Positions 61,480 through 64,000 of a DNA stretch of 64,000 nucleotides are shown here, piece by piece. Position numbers and translations under genes: made by a program. Source of the stretch: Macrostomum lignano. Taxonomy: Eukaryota. Below the pieces are notes generated by a model. That model was not told the origin of the DNA, did not search any database, and saw only the letters and a program-made list of their open reading frames with translations. The stretch lies in the NCBI GenBank assembly GCA_002269645.1, contig NIVC01001456.1, positions 124,001 through 188,000 of the forward strand, given 5' to 3'. Position 1 is the stretch's first letter. Each line of letters starts with the position of its first letter.

Positions 61480-64000
61480 CGCCCTGTCTCTCTCTCCCTG
61501 TCTCTCTCCCTGTCTCTCTCTCCCTGTCTCTCTCTCCCTGTCTCTCTCTCCCTGTCTCCCTGTCTCTCTCCCTGTCTCTCTCCCTGTCTCTCTCTCCCTG
61601 TCTCTCTCTCCCTGTCTCTCTCTCCCTGTCTCCCTGTCTCTCTCCCTGTCTCTCTCTCCCTGTCTCTCTCTCCCTGTCTCTCTCTCCCTGTCTCCCTGTC
61701 TCTCTCCCTGTCTCCCTATCTCTTTCCCTGTCTCCCTGTCTCTTTCCCTGTCTCCCTGTCTCTCTCCCTGTCTCCCTATCTCTTTCCCTGTCTCCCTGTC
61801 TCTTTCCCTGTCTCCCTGTCTCTCTCCCTGTCTCCCTGTCTCTCTCCCTGTCTCTCTCTCCCTCTCTCTCCCTGTCTCCCTGCCTCTCTCCCTCTCTCCC
61901 TGTATCTCTCCCTCTCTCTGTCTCTCTCCCTGTCTCCCTGTCTCTCTCTCCCTGTCTCCCTGTCTCTTTCCCTGTCTCCCTGTCTCTCTCTCCCTGTCTC
62001 TCTCTCCCTGTCTCTCTCCCTGTCTCCCTATCTCTTTCCCTGTCTCCCTGTCTCTTTCCCTGTCTCCCTGTCTCTCTCCCTGTCTCTCTCCCTGTCTTCC
62101 TGTCTCTCTCTTTGTCTCTCTCTCCCTGTCTCCCTGCCTCTCTCCCTGTCTCCCTGTATCTCTCCCTCTCTCTGTCTCTCTCCCTGTCTCCCTGTCTCTC
62201 TCCCTGTCTCCCTCTCTCTCTCTCTGTCTCTCTCCCTGTCTCCCTGTCTCTTTCCCTGTCTCCCTGTCTCCCTGTCTCTCTCTCCCTGTCTTCCTGTCTC
62301 TCTCTTTGTCTCTCTCTCCCTGTCTCCCTGCCTCTCTCCCTGTCTCCCTGTATCTCTCCCTCTCTCTGTCTCTCTCCCTGTCTCCCTGTCTCTCTTCCTG
62401 TCACCCTGTATCTCTCCCTGTCTCTCTCCCTGTCTCCCTGTCTCTCTTCCAGTCTCCCTGTCTCTCTCTCCCTGTCTCCCTGTCTCTCTCCCTGTCTCCC
62501 TGTCTCTCTCTCTGTCTCTCTCCCTGTCTCCCTGTCTCTTTCCCTGTCTCCCTGTCTCCCTGTCTCTCTCTCCCTGTCTTCCTGTCTCCCTGTCTCTCTC
62601 CTTGTCTCCCTGTCTCTTTCCCTGTCTCCCTGTCTCCCTGTCTCTCTCCCTGTCTCCCTGTCTCTTTTCCTGTCTCCCTGTCTCTCTCTCTGTCACTCTC
62701 CCTGTCTCCCTGTCTCTCTCTCTGTCTCTCTCCCTGTCTCCCTGTCTCTTTCCCTGTCTCCCTGTCTCCCTGTCTCTCTCTCCCTGTCTCCCTGTCTCCC
62801 TGTCTCTCTCCTTGTCTCCCTGTCTCTTTCCCTGTCTCCCTGTCTCCCTGTCTCTCTCCCTGTCTCCCTGTCTCTTTCCCTGTCTCCCTGTCTCTTTCCC
62901 TGTCTCCCTGTCTCTCTCCCTGTCTCTCTGTCTCTCTCCCTGTCTCCCTGTCTCTCTCTTTGTCTCTCTCTCCCTGTCTCCCTGCCTCTCTCCCTCTCTC
63001 CCTGTATCTCTCCCTCTCTCTGTCTCTCTCCCTGTCTCCCTATCTCTTTCCCTGTCTCCCTGTCTCTCTCCCTGTCTCTCTCTCCCTGTCTCTCTCCCTG
63101 TCTCCCTGTCTCCCTGCCTCTCTCCCTCTCTCCCTGTATCTCTCCCTCTCTCTGTCTCTCTCCCTGTCTCCCTGTCTCTCTCTCCCTGTCTCCCTGTCTC
63201 TTTCCCTGTCTCCCTGTCTCTCTCTCCCTGTCTCTCTCTCCCTGTCTCTCTCCCTGTCTCCCTATCTCTTTCCCTGTCTCCCTGTCTCTTTCCCTGTCTC
63301 CCTGTCTCTCTCCCTGTCTCTCTGTCTCTCTCCCTGTCTCTCTCCCTGTCTTCCTGTCTCTCTCTTTGTCTCTCTCTCCCTGTCTCCCTGCTTCTCTCCC
63401 TGTCTCCCTGTATCTCTCCCTCTCTCTGTCTCTTTCCCTGTCTCCCTGTCTCCCTGTCTCTCTCCCTGTCTCCCTGTCTCTCTTCCAGTCTCCCTGTCTC
63501 TCTCTCCCTGTCTCCCTGTCTCTCTCCCTGTCTCTCTCTCTGTCTCTCTCCCTGTCTCCCTGTCTCCCTGTCTCTTTCCCTGTCTCCCTGTCTCCCTGTC
63601 TCTCTCTCCCTGTCTCCCTGTCTCCCTGTCTCTCTCCTTGTCTCTCTGTCTCTTTCCCTGTCTCCCTGTCTCCCTGTCTCTCTCCCTGTCTCCCTGTCTC
63701 TTTCCCTGTCTCCCTGTCTCTCTCTCTGTCTCTCTCCCTGTCTCCCTGTCTCCCTGTCTCTCTCTCCCTGTCTCCCTGTCTCCCTGTCTCTCTCCTTGTC
63801 TCCCTGTCTCTTTCCCTGTCTCCCTGTCTCCCTGTCTCTCTCTCCCTGTCTCCCTGTCTCCCTGTCTCTCTCCTTGTCTCTCTGTCTCTTTCCCTGTCTC
63901 CCTGTCTCCCTGTCTCTCTCTCCCTGTCTCCCTGTCTCCCTGTCTCTCTCCTTGTCTCCCTGTCTCTTTCCCTGTCTCCCTGTCTCTTTCCCTGTCTCCC
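61480..64000. repeat. Pyrimidine-rich CCCTGTCTC(TC)n satellite, runs off the window end
   Basis: Low-complexity tandem repeat. Confidence 0.96.

Overview
Eukaryotic (metazoan) genomic DNA with spliceosomal GT-AG introns; no prokaryotic features and no CRISPR array. Two multi-exon genes could be rebuilt by hand from splice signals and reading-frame phase, arranged head-to-head with 411 bp between their start codons. (1) Minus strand 9687->827, 13 coding exons, about 629 aa: type I membrane protein (signal peptide, Ser/Thr stalk, SEA-like domain with KRRKR furin-type site, one TM helix, cytoplasmic tail with a Lys/Glu-rich block), resembling the KIAA1549/UPF0606 family. (2) Plus strand 10099->50860, 28 coding exons, about 2890 aa: neurobeachin-like (NBEAL1/2-type) ARM/ConA-like-PH-BEACH-WD40 protein, with one apparent 1-nt frameshift near 47195 and one poorly resolved junction near 30.55-30.65 kb. 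Most large introns are filled by their own micro- or minisatellite (about 45 arrays), and most ORF-track entries are translations of these repeats. GC-rich poly-Ala exons plus extreme tandem-repeat load fit a Macrostomum-like flatworm genome (inference only). Notable extras: a 456-bp Merlin/IS1016-type transposon derivative with perfect 37-bp TIRs and 8-bp TSD, a diverged 64-nt 28S rRNA fragment spanning the R2/I-PpoI target, five AP-1 sites clustered in unique intronic DNA, a roughly 30-copy AP-1-site array, and minisatellites seeded on real splice donors. No gene could be supported from 51 to 64 kb.
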